Assembly (NCBI GenBank): GCA_026026165.1
Contig: JAPEUD010000078.1
Coordinates: 1 to 64,000, forward strand
Length of the DNA: 64,000 bases
Source: Sarea resinae
Lineage: Eukaryota
Direction of reading: 5' to 3'
Shown here: in pieces, positions 23,210-36,177 of the stretch
How positions within the stretch are numbered: the stretch's first letter is position 1
Layout of the letters: the number at the start of each line of letters is the position of its first letter
The notes under the pieces: generated by a model
Database searches by the model: none
The model's input: the letters and a program-made list of their open reading frames with translations, nothing else
What the model was told of the DNA's origin: nothing
Position numbers and translations under genes: made by a program

Positions 23210-23509
23210 TCACGTATAATGCTCCCTCATGACACGCTGAAAGCGCCAGGGTCTCCTCTCCCTCGTTTCCTCCCGCTCGCGTCGACAGTCCTCGCACTTC
23301 TGGCACACGGCCCGCATTCGGCGCTCGCGGATATTGCGGCCGTAGAGGGGTGCGCAATTCGACGACCACATGAAGGGCAGGGTGTACCGCGAACGCTCCC
23401 AGGGGTCGTTGATCCGGTTGAGCTGATGCCTTATCAGGTCGCAGTCGCGGACGAAGAGCTTCTTGGTCCGGTGGCCGCACAGGTAAACTTCTACCTCGTA
23501 GAGACACAT
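23210..23509 (-). CDS. Small (99 aa) Cys/His-rich hypothetical protein, MC-x8-CGH...C...C...CxxC pattern
   Basis: Internal ATG at 23509 gives MCLYEVEVYLCGHRTKKLFVRDCDLI...NCAP...VCQKCEDC. Coding-like GC-rich composition. No homology search was run. Confidence 0.6.
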   Translation of the reverse strand: MCLYEVEVYLCGHRTKKLFVRDCDLIRHQLNRINDPWERSRYTLPFMWSSNCAPLYGRNIRERRMRAVCQKCEDCRREREETRERRPWRFQRVMREHYT

Positions 23510-25075
23510 CGTAGATGAGTAGACGGTCGGGTCGAGAGCCTGAGGTGTGCTCGAGTAGGCGGTAGGAGAGCTGGTTGGCTGGTCACGTATGATATGAGCA
23601 AGTCCGGCCGTGAATGCGCGGTTGGGAATCGATGTGGTTCGGCAATGATGGCAGACAGGCCCCAAAGCTGGTGAATATATTCTTTCCAGGTGAAGAGAAG
23701 AGGAGCTTCAGTTGCACTTTGTGTTTTGGGATTGACACAAAGATTGCAGCCCTGAGTCTGTCTGCCTGGGATGCGAGATACCTGATGCCTGCAAGAAGCA
23801 GTGGTGTGAACAAGTGATAAGAAAAGGAAAATGCAACCTCATGGAAAATCCAGAGCATCATATACTCCGCTCAATACCGCCCTACTTCGATGTGCCGTCA
23901 TCGGCATCGTTGTACTAGCATGTGTTAGCTAAAATTAACAGCCAGTACCACGTTCGAGCTTTTCACCGCCGGAGGATGTGGTGGAGTAAGACTCATCGTG
24001 CCAGCTCTGGATGTGGGGAAGAAGGGCCATCGCAGCTTGATATGGCCGACGATCCGATTGAGATTGGATTTTTCAACGAACCGGATCGTCGAGATACGTT
24101 GGCGCAGTACAAAAGAGAGCACTAAGAGAGACCAAGAATGGACACACTTAGAGAGCACTGGCAGGACTTCAATAGCACCCATCGGCTGAGATCAGTACGA
24201 ATAGTAAGTCGATCGTTGCAGTGAATATCACAATATGCGGAGTTGTGAGGGTGCGGCGTGTTTGCCCCAGACGATCGCCTCCTTCTAGAGGAGTTGCTCG
24301 ATTCGGACAATTGAACCTCCAAGACTAGAGTTTGATAAGTCTTTGGAATATGCACTATCCACTATGAAGGGAGCAGTGAATGGCGAGCAAGAGGCAACAA
24401 GCTAGCAATCGGTTTTCTTGTGGTGTTTGCACACCAAGATCACACCGAGATTGCCACTTCCTGCAGATTTTAGTAACTCTGTGACCAGTATCAGGGTGCC
24501 ATTCTCTCCGACATAGTCTAGATGCTGACGACAATTGAGATCGGTCAACCTGACGGACAATGATCTTTGAACGTCACCAATGACCAAACTTCTGCCGCAA
24601 GATTGCCGTGATGCTCAATGGTTACACATGATCGATACGCGATTGCTCTGGCGGGCGAGCCGGACTGAGCTGCTGCCTGCGCTACCGGAGATTCAGTCCC
24701 GCTGGGTACCTGCGTGTTCAATCACCGTTTTCGTAAGAGAGATTACTCTCATGCTAATGTATGGCAACAGACATAGCCAGAAGACTTTCGACATGGCGGA
24801 TCAGTGTGTGATTTGAAAGGCTATGAAAATGCATTGACAGAAGACTATGTGACTCGATGAAATATGATACTTGAAAAATGTCCTCAGAGGGTTGTCGGAG
24901 TATTACCGCGAAACGCTATTGATGCTCTCTGGCGAGGATTGGGAAAAATTAAATACACGCCTGCCCCGAAAGTAGTGGGGTATTCCCAATGCATATGCTA
25001 ACCAGGATTAGACCGACAGTTGCGTCAAAACCCCAAGACTCATGAGAAGAAGACGAAGCTGATTCCAGCTTCATG

Positions 25076-26582
25076 CTATAGAGCGATCGCTCCGACAATG
25101 GCGATCAATCCAGCAAATAGCGATCCTTGGAGGATCCGTTCACTTTTCACCGGTGACGCGCCACTGCCCTTGCTGTTACTGCTGCTGGAGCTGCCGCCTT
25201 GACTGAACCCATTGGAACCGGCGGTAGACTTCGCGGTCGCAGCCGTAGATGCCCCAGTAGCCGAAGAGGCGGATGATTCTGACGAAGCAGATGCACTTTG
25301 AGCACTGTTATCACCAGGTCTACCGCCTGATAGACCAGGTACCTGCGGTGCTGCTGCGCTACTGCTAGCGGCAGCTGACGAGCCCGTCTTCTTGCCAGAT
25401 TTCTTTGCTCCAGAGGATGCCGACGACGAAGATGCGCCTAGCTTCGGGTTCTCACCAGTAGCCTCGAATGACGAAAGAATTGTCGGATCGTTGACGGTGG
25501 CGACAGTGTCATTCGTTCCCGCGGCGGAGTTAAAGATGTAAGACTTCGAACCTGTAACATTGGCACCTTGGGGAGGATCGTAACACTCGACGTTGACGTC
25601 GCTGACCATTGCATAGTAGTAGCCGTTGGTCATGTACGGGCTGCTCCACTGAATCTGCCCGCCAGCCCATGCAACTGTACCCGCGCCGTTGGAGGGCAGA
25701 CCAGCAGGCCACAGGGAAAGCTGTACTCGGGCGGGAGTTTGCGGGTAGTCATATTGATTTCGAGTAGAATTCCATGTGGTGTTGCGGGACTTGGTACGTC
25801 CAACCACGCCATCAATAGACCAGGTAATCTGATCGGGTGTCCAATCGATCTCGTAGGTGTGATAGTTTTGGAACGTGTCCGAGTCGACGGTGATGTTTAA
25901 TTCATTGTCATCTAGGATTTGTCAGCATGAGAGGTTTAAGGTGGACGAGATGATACTACGCACAGTCTGTAATGCCTTGGAAGTAGTAATTGGACTGTGC
26001 ATGAGTCGTATCGGTTCCAACGAATTCGAAATCAATCTCGTCCTTTACGTCGGACAGGAGGATGAAGGCCGTGACGACACCAGCGCCACCGCTCGTCTTC
26101 AGGGTTGCGGAAACCTTGCCGTACCAGACGTAAGCCGTGCTAGCAAGTAACGTTCCAACACTACTTTGAGGCATCGTCAGAAGAACCTGATCGGAATAGA
26201 CGACAGGCTCGCCGCTGGAAACCCAGTTGGCCTTGGATGAGTCGCCGAGATACTTGGTATTGGCCTGGACTTGGCTGAGGTCCTTGAATTTGTAGTCTGA
26301 GCTTCGGCAAACGGGTGCCGGCGCGCAGGAGTCGAGGCTGTGTGAGAAGAGAGGATCGCAGCCGCCGAGGCAATATGCTCCAACACCACACTCACCATAT
26401 TCTGCAAATCACCATGATCAGCCATGGCACATCAACAGATTCAAGAGAGAAAGCTTACGAGAACAGCAAGGAGTGTCCGCCGGGCAATTATTGTTGGCGC
26501 CGCATTTGATGGCGCCGTCTGCATAGACGGCAGTAGCAGCCGCGAAGACCGCCACGAGGGCCGAGATATGGAGGCGGACCAT
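25076..26582 (-). CDS. utr2: GH16 cell-wall chitin transglycosylase, Utr2/Crh2-type (signal peptide, chitin-binding module, Ser-rich stalk, GPI signal)
   Basis: Signal peptide MVRLHISALVAVFAAATAVYA, Cys-rich CPADTPCCS..GECGVGAYCLGGC, catalytic DEIDFE, YPQTPARVQLSLW, Ser/Ala tail and hydrophobic C-terminus. Two introns. Confidence 0.9.
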
Positions 26583-28357
26583 ATTGATGGTCGATGGGAT
26601 TGAAGGATTGACGTGAATGAATTAAAATCTCCCTCTCTGCTGAGCGGTATCACTTGCTAATTATGGAGAAGCCTCAGATGGACTAAGTGGGGAAAGCCTC
26701 GAGATTCCCGTAGTATGTAAGATGGTGATGGTGCTGGCCGTCGAGCTGATTGAACAGGAAGCAGGCAGCGACAGAGACCTGTTATCTGGACAGGTGGACA
26801 ACGAAGGTCGAAAGGAAAATAAGATTAATGATGCAGCGAATGAATTAATAAACAAGAAGTGTAGCTTTGGTGTCGCTGCAAACACGTCCGTTGCGAGCGA
26901 ATGTGCGAAATTGTCGTAGGTATAAAGAAGGTGGAAGGGGGGGGGGGTGGATCGGAAGGGAGAGAAATAAGGAATAAAGGGCTGCACAGAGTACTCCGGC
27001 GTAGTAGAGTAGGTACTTAATAGACAGTAACGGCCAGCACGGTAGCAGTAGGTACCCTCCCTACCTTAACCTACCTTAGTAAAGCGATGGTGGTAGGTAC
27101 GGAGTAGATCGAGTCCTCGCTCGCCGCTGGTATGACTGCCAGGCAGGGATGGGATGGAATGGGATGTAATGGGATGGGGACCCAGGGAACGGACTCAGGT
27201 ACGAGAGTCTCTTTGTTAGCAGGGACTACGATCAAAGTCTCTGTACTTCATGATGGAAAGGCTTTCCCTCCACATGCTCTCGTCCCTCTCAAACGTGGAG
27301 TGAGCGAGCGAGAGGGCAAGAGGGCGAAAAGCCACTACGTGTCAAACGGGGAAGGTTGCAGGTGTGGCGGACATGGTTGCTGCGTACATGTCGGACTGCA
27401 GCCGTAACAGCAGGACCCGGTCTCTGGCCGTGACATTCGCCATGACTGAGTCTGAGACAGCACTTGGTTCTATCAGGCCTAGCTGGCGACAGTGATGACA
27501 GCCAGAATGCTGCGAATTGGCTACGACCGGAGGAGTCCCTCGTACTCGTATCGGGTACTTGGCACCGAGTAGAAGACCCTGTGCATAAACCCATAGAACT
27601 TTGTACACCAGGGAAGCATCTGAGTTCCTCCATCCAGCCCGTTGACGCTATTTTTGGTTGGAGCGGCCGCTCAGCAGAGGTCACCATCTCAATGCTTGTG
27701 GGAGAAGTTTCCACCATCCCCCATGATTCGACCAACTTCCATCCGTGCACCACCACTACTGCGATACTCTGCTGCTACAGCCCTACTACTACGGACTACC
27801 TAGAGTACTGCGGTAGAGTGAGGTACCGAGAAGGAATAGCTACCTACCTGATGTACCCTACTGCGCGGTAGTCCTCCGAGTAGAGCCAGCATCATGGATG
27901 GTCTCCAGCTTCGAGACGTCATAGGGGGAAATCATTTCAGACTTCACAAATGAGAACGCCATCTGGCTCGCTATCACGGAAGTCCTCACCCGCGAGATGC
28001 GCTCCGCGATGTGCCAGATTCACTAGTAAGACATGGCTATTACGTATTCCGAGATGATCCTGTCTCGGTCTTGATACTGTACGGAGTAAGTAAGATATGG
28101 AGAGGCACCTCAATGTATGATGTTCACTATTGACTGCTTGCGATTGCTGTACTTTTCAGAAGAAAGAAAATGAAAGAAGCGAGACTGCTTATGCGTCCCT
28201 GCATTCCGTGATGCTGTATCCATGTGTCGTGCTTCGTGAGGGAACCATCGATCAACACAGGTAGGCACGGAATAGTTCCTACAGAGTGCCAGCGGACGGC
28301 CCATGTTAGGCTAGCCACTCATCTGAACACGGACACGACTCTGGACTCACCTGTACC

Positions 28358-29941
28358 TCAGGGCATAACAGAGATCAACCTCATCTCGGTCTCGCATGGG
28401 TCCTTTGAGAAACTGACCTTGAGACCTTCGTACGGCCCGTCCTGCCTCGAAAAGGTCACGAATCTTCCCAACAGTGCCTTGGACACTTTCACACTGGAGA
28501 GGACCACTGTCGCATTTCCCGAGTTGTAGAGATGGATGAGCTCAACATTTTGCTCTCCAACACAAGACTTAACGTCTTTCTCGAAGCGACCTCTGGTCAG
28601 TTGAGTGAACAACCCAGCACGCACAAATGTGAGGCGACGCCGAGCAAATGAAGGGGAATCCATGCTCTTAATGTCTTCATCGGCCGGAAAATACGACCCC
28701 AGCTCAACCTGGATACGTTTGCCGTAAGTCGAGCTTCCACGTTCGGCTTTCAGTCTGAGATCAGTTTGGTAGAAGGCCATGGCATGCTCAGAATGCTGGA
28801 ATATAATGCATGCGGCACGCCCAGGACAGATCTCGTCATGATCGTCAACGAAGACTATGGACATCAGTGGCCCCTCTTTGATCTTTTCCGAGACCTCTCG
28901 GAGAGTCATGTTGGACGGGCAATTGATAAGCCAGACGACTCTTCGTTGATGCGCTAGTGGTTCGACAGGACGAGGGACCTGGAACATTCTCGGTGGAGCA
29001 TCGGTCAAGTTGATTGTCTTTGTGTTACCGACGATACTGACCTGGCGGCCATGTTTGCGACCAGACAGGATTTCGTCCGGAATAGCGGCCACTTTCGCCC
29101 ACGTAACCTTGAAAGCCTTGGCATCTGGGTTTGCTATCTCTTGAAATCGATCAGTATTCCAGCAAGGCGGACGAGGCTTAGCATGGCCATCCGTGAGCGG
29201 GGAGAGTGGCCCAGTATAGCCGATTCGCGCAGCGTATTCGGCAGTGCTCAGGCCTCTCTTTGAGCATTCCGTAACCTGGTCGCCTCTAGCAAGAAACGTT
29301 GATATCGACGCCGGAACGACTGTCTCGGAATCCTCAGGAATGGAAATGTTCTGCTCTGACGCTTGATCGGCTGAAAGTAGAGCGGCTCGGTAGGCAGCTG
29401 ACAATGCTGGCTGTGTATATGACGCCATATATTCACCAGCCTCGCACTCCACGTCCTGCGCATCTTCTGGGGCAAACCCCAGCCCAGGTGGATACCTTGG
29501 AGCTGTCCTAGGAACCTGTTGATAGATGTGCCCCGAGGCTCCCGAAAAAGGAAACGCACATGAATGGTTTCCTTCAGTATGTCCACCTGCATAATGGATG
29601 ACGGTCATGTTAGACGAGTTAGTGGCCACATTCTCCTTCTTCGTCCTCTCTACTTGAGAGCTCAGGGCGCCGAAGGACTGGATGAATGTCTTCCTGGTCG
29701 ACATTTCAGACTCTAGCATCGCCTGAACAATATCCTCAGAGAGCTCGTTGATGCTCTTTGCGATTTGGTTGGCTCGATCAGGAGCAATTTGGCGAAGCTA
29801 AAATTGCAATGAGCAAGCCATCAGGTAAGTAGAGAATCTTTTTAGTACCTGTTCTGTGCCATGATTGAGGTGCATGAGTGCAGTCTGAAAGGTGGCACAC
29901 ATTTCATCCACCCCTAGGTTGTATGGAGAGGTGGATGCCAT
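28358..29941 (-). CDS. Fungal hypothetical protein with two C-terminal RRM-like domains
   Basis: Exon 1 29941-29849 (MASTSPYN...TEQ), intron 29848-29798, exon 2 in frame with the 453-aa ORF. RRM-like segments RRVVWLINCPSNMTLREV, AACIIFQHSEHAMAF, NATVVLSSV, VSFSKDPCE. Confidence 0.7.
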
Positions 29942-30842
29942 TCTTGCGGTCCAGCCTTGGATATGTCGGCTTATGTGTGGTCGTTTGTCCACGCGTGGAA
30001 GCCTTCAGGTTGTTTCCCACCTGGCACTTTCTTCAGATATCCGTTTATAATGCTAAAGCCAAGGACGACTTGAAGCAGTACAAGATCAAATAAGAAAAGA
30101 AGGACTGACCAGAGTGGCAGTAGAAGTAGTAGTGGTGATGGTGATGGTAAACGTTGTTTTAGAAGTATGAATGAGGAGAAGCAGGAAGAGGGTACAGAAG
30201 GCACAGGAGCCCGACAGAAATTGAGGACAGAGAAGAGTCAGGGACGGACGGGCTGATTGTGACAGACGTGTTATGTGGATATCAACTGCTCAGGACCTCA
30301 AGGTTGCAAGTGAGACCCATGACGCGGCATTGTCCGCGCGCGTCGACATGAAACGGTAAAGTTCGAGTGAAGCAGGGCATCCAGAACTTCCAGTGACCGT
30401 GAATTTTGGACGGTGAATTGAAGCACAGACGGCCCATGGTGGAGTTGACGAAAGTCTGGCTTCTGCCGGCTGCTGCATGCCTCCTTTCATATCGATAAGG
30501 CTTCCACATCTCCATGTGAATCGTGAAACAGAAGATATGTCACTGCTCACAGACATCCATGGATGCTCTGTTCCTTCCGGAACCATTGTTATTCTTCTCT
30601 TTCTCGAAAGGTCTGGAATCATCGATCTCGTCCTTGCACAGATGTGCCTAGGAAGAAGCCTGAAGACGTAAAGAAGGAGGGTTATACACAAGTTTGCTTC
30701 AGACTTATCAGCCGATCACCGAGACACGTCTGGCAGAGTAGGGTACTCATATCAACAACGCGGTAGAATGACTTCAATGAGATCCATTACGCTGAGACTA
30801 TAAGCTAATCCCGTATCATCTATCCCACTCGTTCTTCTCTGT

Positions 30843-32358
30843 CTATCGTGCCAATCCTACGGCCGCACCCATTCGTCGAAATATCTCTGCTCCCAACGCC
30901 CGCTGGTCTAGCTTGGTCCTGCCCATGGCATGTCTATTTTCCTCGGCTCTTCTCAGCAGATATTTGACACACTCGCCCGTCGTCCCCCAGACCAGATATT
31001 TGTACGCCTGCGGTATGTGTGCCTTTTCTGTCTCGTCTGAAAGGGCTGGAGCCTGCAAAAGCTCACAGCTTACCTCGTCCGCCATCCCCATAAGCTGTGC
31101 ATATACGATCTCGATATCCTTGTCTTCAGCTTCTGTGCACGCTTTTCGTGCCTTCCTTACAGACTCCTGATTATGCGTGGCCACCATCAGGTTTACCTTT
31201 GGAAAGTTTCCTCCTGCTCCAAGCGCGCTAGGCATGGTCGTCCCATACCTCCTTTTGATCAGGCTGTCTATCATGCCATCGTATGCTTGATCGGTTTCCT
31301 CCTTAGTACTCCAGATGATGTTCCTTGGTTCAGATGCTAGATAAGCTCCCCGCACAAGCTTGGCGCCCAACGTAAAATCCTTTTCTACGGCCGCTGCCAA
31401 GTGGTTTGCCAGAGTTGCTGGCGTTGACTTCAAATATGCCTGATATGTACCATAGACTGTTGCTTTGTTAGACGCGGAAGGATTGTAGCGCTTCTGGAAG
31501 TCTAGTGTCCAGGAGTCGATGCCCGTCTGTAATGCTTGTTGTTCGGCGTCAAACGCGAGGCGGACTCCCCTTGCTACAGCAAGATCACAAATCTCAATCG
31601 TTGCGTTCTCCAGGGCTGGCGGCATAGGTGAGTTGTCAATCAAGTGATCCAACGCCAGACGACCAGCTCCAGTAAATCTGCTCGTTCGAACCTATCAGTA
31701 TACCTGTGATGCTTCCCAGAAACATCTGTCCAATTAGACCTTACTTTAAAGCTACGAAGTCTCCCTTCTCAGCCATCTCAACAGTCTTTAAGGTACCCTC
31801 TTTCCAAGCACTCAGGGCCTGCTTCACAGACACATCTTCGTTGTCCTGTACTTGGTCGATCCCTAGAACCACCTCTTTCGCATATGCAAGAATCACTCCT
31901 TTGTATCCTATCTCTTTCAAGCCCGTCACCGTCTGCTGAAGCTCTCTCGTAGTCTCTCCGCCGCAAAAATGCGAATAGAAAGTTTGCTTGAGCACCCATC
32001 GAAGTACCGTATTATGGTCAGGATTCAACCAAGGATATCTAGAATGAGCTAGAAAACTCAAGATAGATAAGCAGGGTGGTAGCAGAATCTTCGAAGAAGA
32101 AACGGTTGCAACAAGATATGAACGTAGGAGGTTCGGTAAGGGAAGGATGGTCAGTGGATGCTGCTGATATAGAGAGGACTTGGATTGCCCGAAAGATGTC
32201 GAAGGTGGTATAGCCGTGGATGTCTGAGCGGCAGAATTGCTAGATTGCTTTCGTATGAAGCCGCTGCGAGGTGCCAAATTGTTGACGCCCAAAGGCAGCC
32301 CGGGACGACAGTAGAGCTGCGATACCGATAGCTGGCCGAAAATAGGTTTCATGGCCAT
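30843..32358 (-). CDS. put1: Mitochondrial proline dehydrogenase (proline oxidase)
   Basis: Motifs FYSHFCGGET, VALKFTGAG across intron 31744-31678, DAEQ, TYQAYLK, KLVRGAY, VATHN, QLMGM, YLLRRAEEN. Confidence 0.95.
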
Positions 32359-33189
32359 CAGGAGAATTGCTTGGACTCGATACGAAGTAGGAGAATTGCC
32401 AAGTGCGTATTACGGAAAAGGCCAAGCTCGAGGCCGTGTAATTGCACGAAGAGAGAGAAATAGCTGTTTGGAAGTGGATATACCCCTCATTTATCAGCTA
32501 CGAGCATTATCATCGATTGTGCCACTCCAACCACCATTTCGGCTTCCCGTCCCCACCTCTCTCACCAGAATCGGACTCACCTTTCCTACAGCAGTGCCCG
32601 TTCATTGTTGTCATTGGACGCGGGCCGTGAGTAGCCGCGATAACGCGATAACGACACCTTGGAATACTGAAGTAGATTAGAATCTGTCCTAGGAGGAAAG
32701 CACGACTTAGAGACTACCTGTTACTTACGCGAGAGAATGCCTCAAAGCGAGTACTTCGTACACCTCAGGTACTGAAATACCTCTTACGCACCTGCAAGTG
32801 CCCCGCAATCGGCCCTGCCCCTCGTTGATCTGCAGGCCGGAAGCGGCCTCCTTTATGAATCATGCCAAGCAATGATTTATCCGATGATTCTCAAGGATCG
32901 ATGGGGACAACTGTTGTCTCTAGTCCCTGTCACGAATTCATAGTGATTTACTGGTCGATGATTGGCTTTTTATTCCTATTTTTGTCCTTTTGTATGTATT
33001 ATAGCTATGCTGCTCTTGCTCGCACTGCTTGGTATCTACCGATCAGCTTATTTCTCGTCATGTCGCCTCCAGGGGCCCGAAAATTGTCATATCCAGCATT
33101 TCACACCAATTCTCTCTCGAGCTTAGTTACCCTATGAATCCTGTGAAAACACCAAAGCGTCGTGTACTGCTTATTCGCGAACTGTATTA

Positions 33190-36177
33190 TCAAGGGTGAC
33201 CTGGCGGCTTTCCAGCACTTTCCTCGCTAGTTGGGACTTTTGGACCATCTTTGCTACCTTCCGCCCGCTCGTCTTCACTTTGGCTCGAGCTATCCGGGCC
33301 CTCAACACCAGCCTCGCTCTTCAATCGATCGGCCTTATCCTTTAGGACTCGGGCTTCCTCGGCCGCCTTTTGTGCTCTAATCTGCTTTTTCCACATGCTC
33401 GCATATCTGCCTTTCTTCGCCAGCAGTTCGTCGTGTGTCCCACTCTCGGCAACCTGTCCCGCATGCAGGACGAGGATTTGGTCGGCCGTTGTGATCGTAC
33501 TCAGACGATGGGCGATCACCAACATGGTCCGACCTTTGCTGAGAGTTGCGAGGGCCGTCTGAATGTGTTGCTCGGTCTCAGTATCAAGTGCCGCAGTGGC
33601 TTCATCAAGAAGGATAATGCGTGGATCCTTGATGATTGTGCGCGCAATTGCCACACGCTGTTTTTCACCCCCTGACAAACGCAGCCCACGCTCGCCAACC
33701 TTTGTCTCATAGCCGTCTGGGAAACCGAGGATTTTATCGTGTATGCTGGCAGCACGGCAAGCCTCGTAAACTGCCTCATCAGATACGGACGGGTTAGCAT
33801 ACTTGAGATTATACATTAATGTTTCGTTAAAAAGAACAGTGTCTTGCGGAACGACACCAATGTGACGTCGAAGTGAATCAATAGTGACGTCTTGGACATC
33901 ATGGCCATCGATCTGAATACTGCCCGATTGAGAGTTATAGAAGCGGAATAGAAGTCGGAATACTGTGGATTTGCCACCGCCAGATTCTCCAACGAGAGCT
34001 GTCGTCGTCCCCGGTGCACAGCGGAATGAGAGACCAGAGAGAGCAGGCTTGCGTTGGTCATATGCGAATTTGACATCGTCGAAACGAATCTCGCCCTCAC
34101 ACGATGGCAACGGCTGCGCGGATGGGTCGTCGACTACGGTAGGGCTCTCTTTGAAAAGCTCCAACAATCTCTCAGAGTTGATCATAGCAGACTGGATTGA
34201 TCGATAAAAGGTTCCGAAGAAATTCAATGGCCCCTGGAGTTGAGCCATGTAGGTCAACAGCGCCACAAATCGCCCGACCTTCCGTTGGCCATTGGTGACC
34301 TGATAGGCGGCGATGAAGCATGTGACGAGAAGACCAAGGGTGAAGACAAGGTTCTGCGTCACATTCATTATGTTGAGGGAGAACATGACCTGATATTCGG
34401 CGCGTTGATATGCTTCGACAGCTCCGCGATATCGATTGAACTCATAAGACTCTGCGTTGAAATATTTTACAGTCTCATAAGAGACCATAGAATCATTCCT
34501 AGATATCCGTTAGACATGCGAGAGTCAAGCGAGTGAGGACAGACTTACTTGACCGCATCCTCTTCTCTGCTAGCATTGACCATCTGTCTGCGAATCTCTG
34601 CTCGCCATTGTGCCATGCGAATGGTGAGATACAAGTAGCAGAATGTCACTATGGCCACTACCATAGCATAGTACGCATCAAAGGCGATCAGGAAGTATGC
34701 TATGGCAACACCCAAATCCACCAACATTGGCACAACTTGGAAAGTGACCTGCTCGAGAAAAGTATTAATCGAGTTGCCTTTGCTTAAAGCCGAAAGCACT
34801 TCGCCGGTCTTCTTTCCCAAGTGAAAATCTAGGCTTAGACCATGGACGTGTTCAAAGGCAGCGGTAGAAAGCTCCCGATAAGAATATTGACCAATGGGAA
34901 TCCAAAGAGTGGATCGAACAGCACCGAGGACACCGGTACTCCCTTGCAATACGCGGTAGACGATGTAAACGCAGATGGGGCCCCAAGGGGTCCGTCTGTT
35001 TTCCCCGTCCTCCCCAGAGAGAATATCCGTTATGACACCAACCTGATACGGAACGAGCACGTTGATCAGCCGTTGGGCAACGACCAATATGAAACAGATG
35101 ATGACGACAATCTGCAGTTGCCGATTTTTGGAAGGCCATAAGTATGGAAAAAACAAGGAGTAGCCCTTGATATACTCCCACCAGCTTTTTGATGGAGTAG
35201 TAGTAGGTCTGCTCCAGCCCGCGGGTGCGGGTTTGGACGGTCCGTCTTTGCGAGGAGTTGCGGCGGATCCGTAGCCGGCCGGAGATGCTGGCCCATGACC
35301 ATTTACCCTCCCATCTTCTGCTTGACCGTTCAAGAGGCTAGTCGTTTCACTTGGTCCAGATGCTGATTCGGTCGCCATAGACTTGCGCCGGTCGTGACTC
35401 CATAATACGACAAAGACGACGTTGAAAGTGATCAAGGCCAGTAGTAGCATTATCCGAGTAGCTGCTATAACGACCTCTGCGATCTCCCACTTAGTGATAT
35501 GCTTCCGTAGTCGCCCACCAAAAGGATCCCCAACACGAGGTTCATGATGCTTAGAGGTATAGATGACAAGAGATGCCCCGAGCAGTAGCAGCTCAAGAGC
35601 TAGCCCAACTATCCACGTCACGGCATGAGCGGCTGTCGGTGCCGGTTTCGTATCGAGCAGTGAAATAAGAACGAGGGCGTAGACAAAAAATGAGCCGACA
35701 ACATAGATCTACATTTTTGCATTAGCATGATCGATTCCGCACATGAGAAGATAAATTACTGACTGCTACCGATTGTCCAGACCACCATTGTTCCTTGCGA
35801 TGGGTCAAGGCATGGACGATGACATTGATGGCATCAGCGAGGAATGTGGCGAGAATGCCCACAGACAGCCAGTCGAAGAGGAGTTTTCGAGCCGGAGTGA
35901 AGTCCAAAGCAGCGACCTCGCCTTTCTTCTTGGAAATCTGACTTGCACTCCTTGGAAGTGGTTTTCCACCGGGGCCGGTCTGGACCTCGGAAGCTCCAAT
36001 GACGCTATCATTGGGGGCAGTGATGATGCTGTGGAGCGTGAAGGCGAAGAGGAAAACGACGAGAAGAACGATGGAATAGGAGAACTGCGTGTAGACAAGG
36101 ATGTCGTGTGCCGTGCCTATGGTTCTATCGGCATCCGATGACGAGCTTGAGAGGGGAGGTGAGACAGAATCAGCCAT
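33190..36177 (-). CDS. hmt1: Heavy-metal tolerance ABC half-transporter (HMT1/ABCB6 family)
   Basis: N-terminal extra TM domain, SLFFPYLWP, LSLDFHLGKKTGEVLSAL, Walker A GESGGGKST, signature LSGGEKQR, Walker B ILLDEATAALD. Two introns. Confidence 0.93.

Noticed and set aside
30843..33000. Proline-utilisation (prn) gene cluster or PrnA/Put3 binding sites
   Set aside because: No permease, P5C dehydrogenase or Zn2Cys6 gene is adjacent, and there is no convincing CGG-repeat site.
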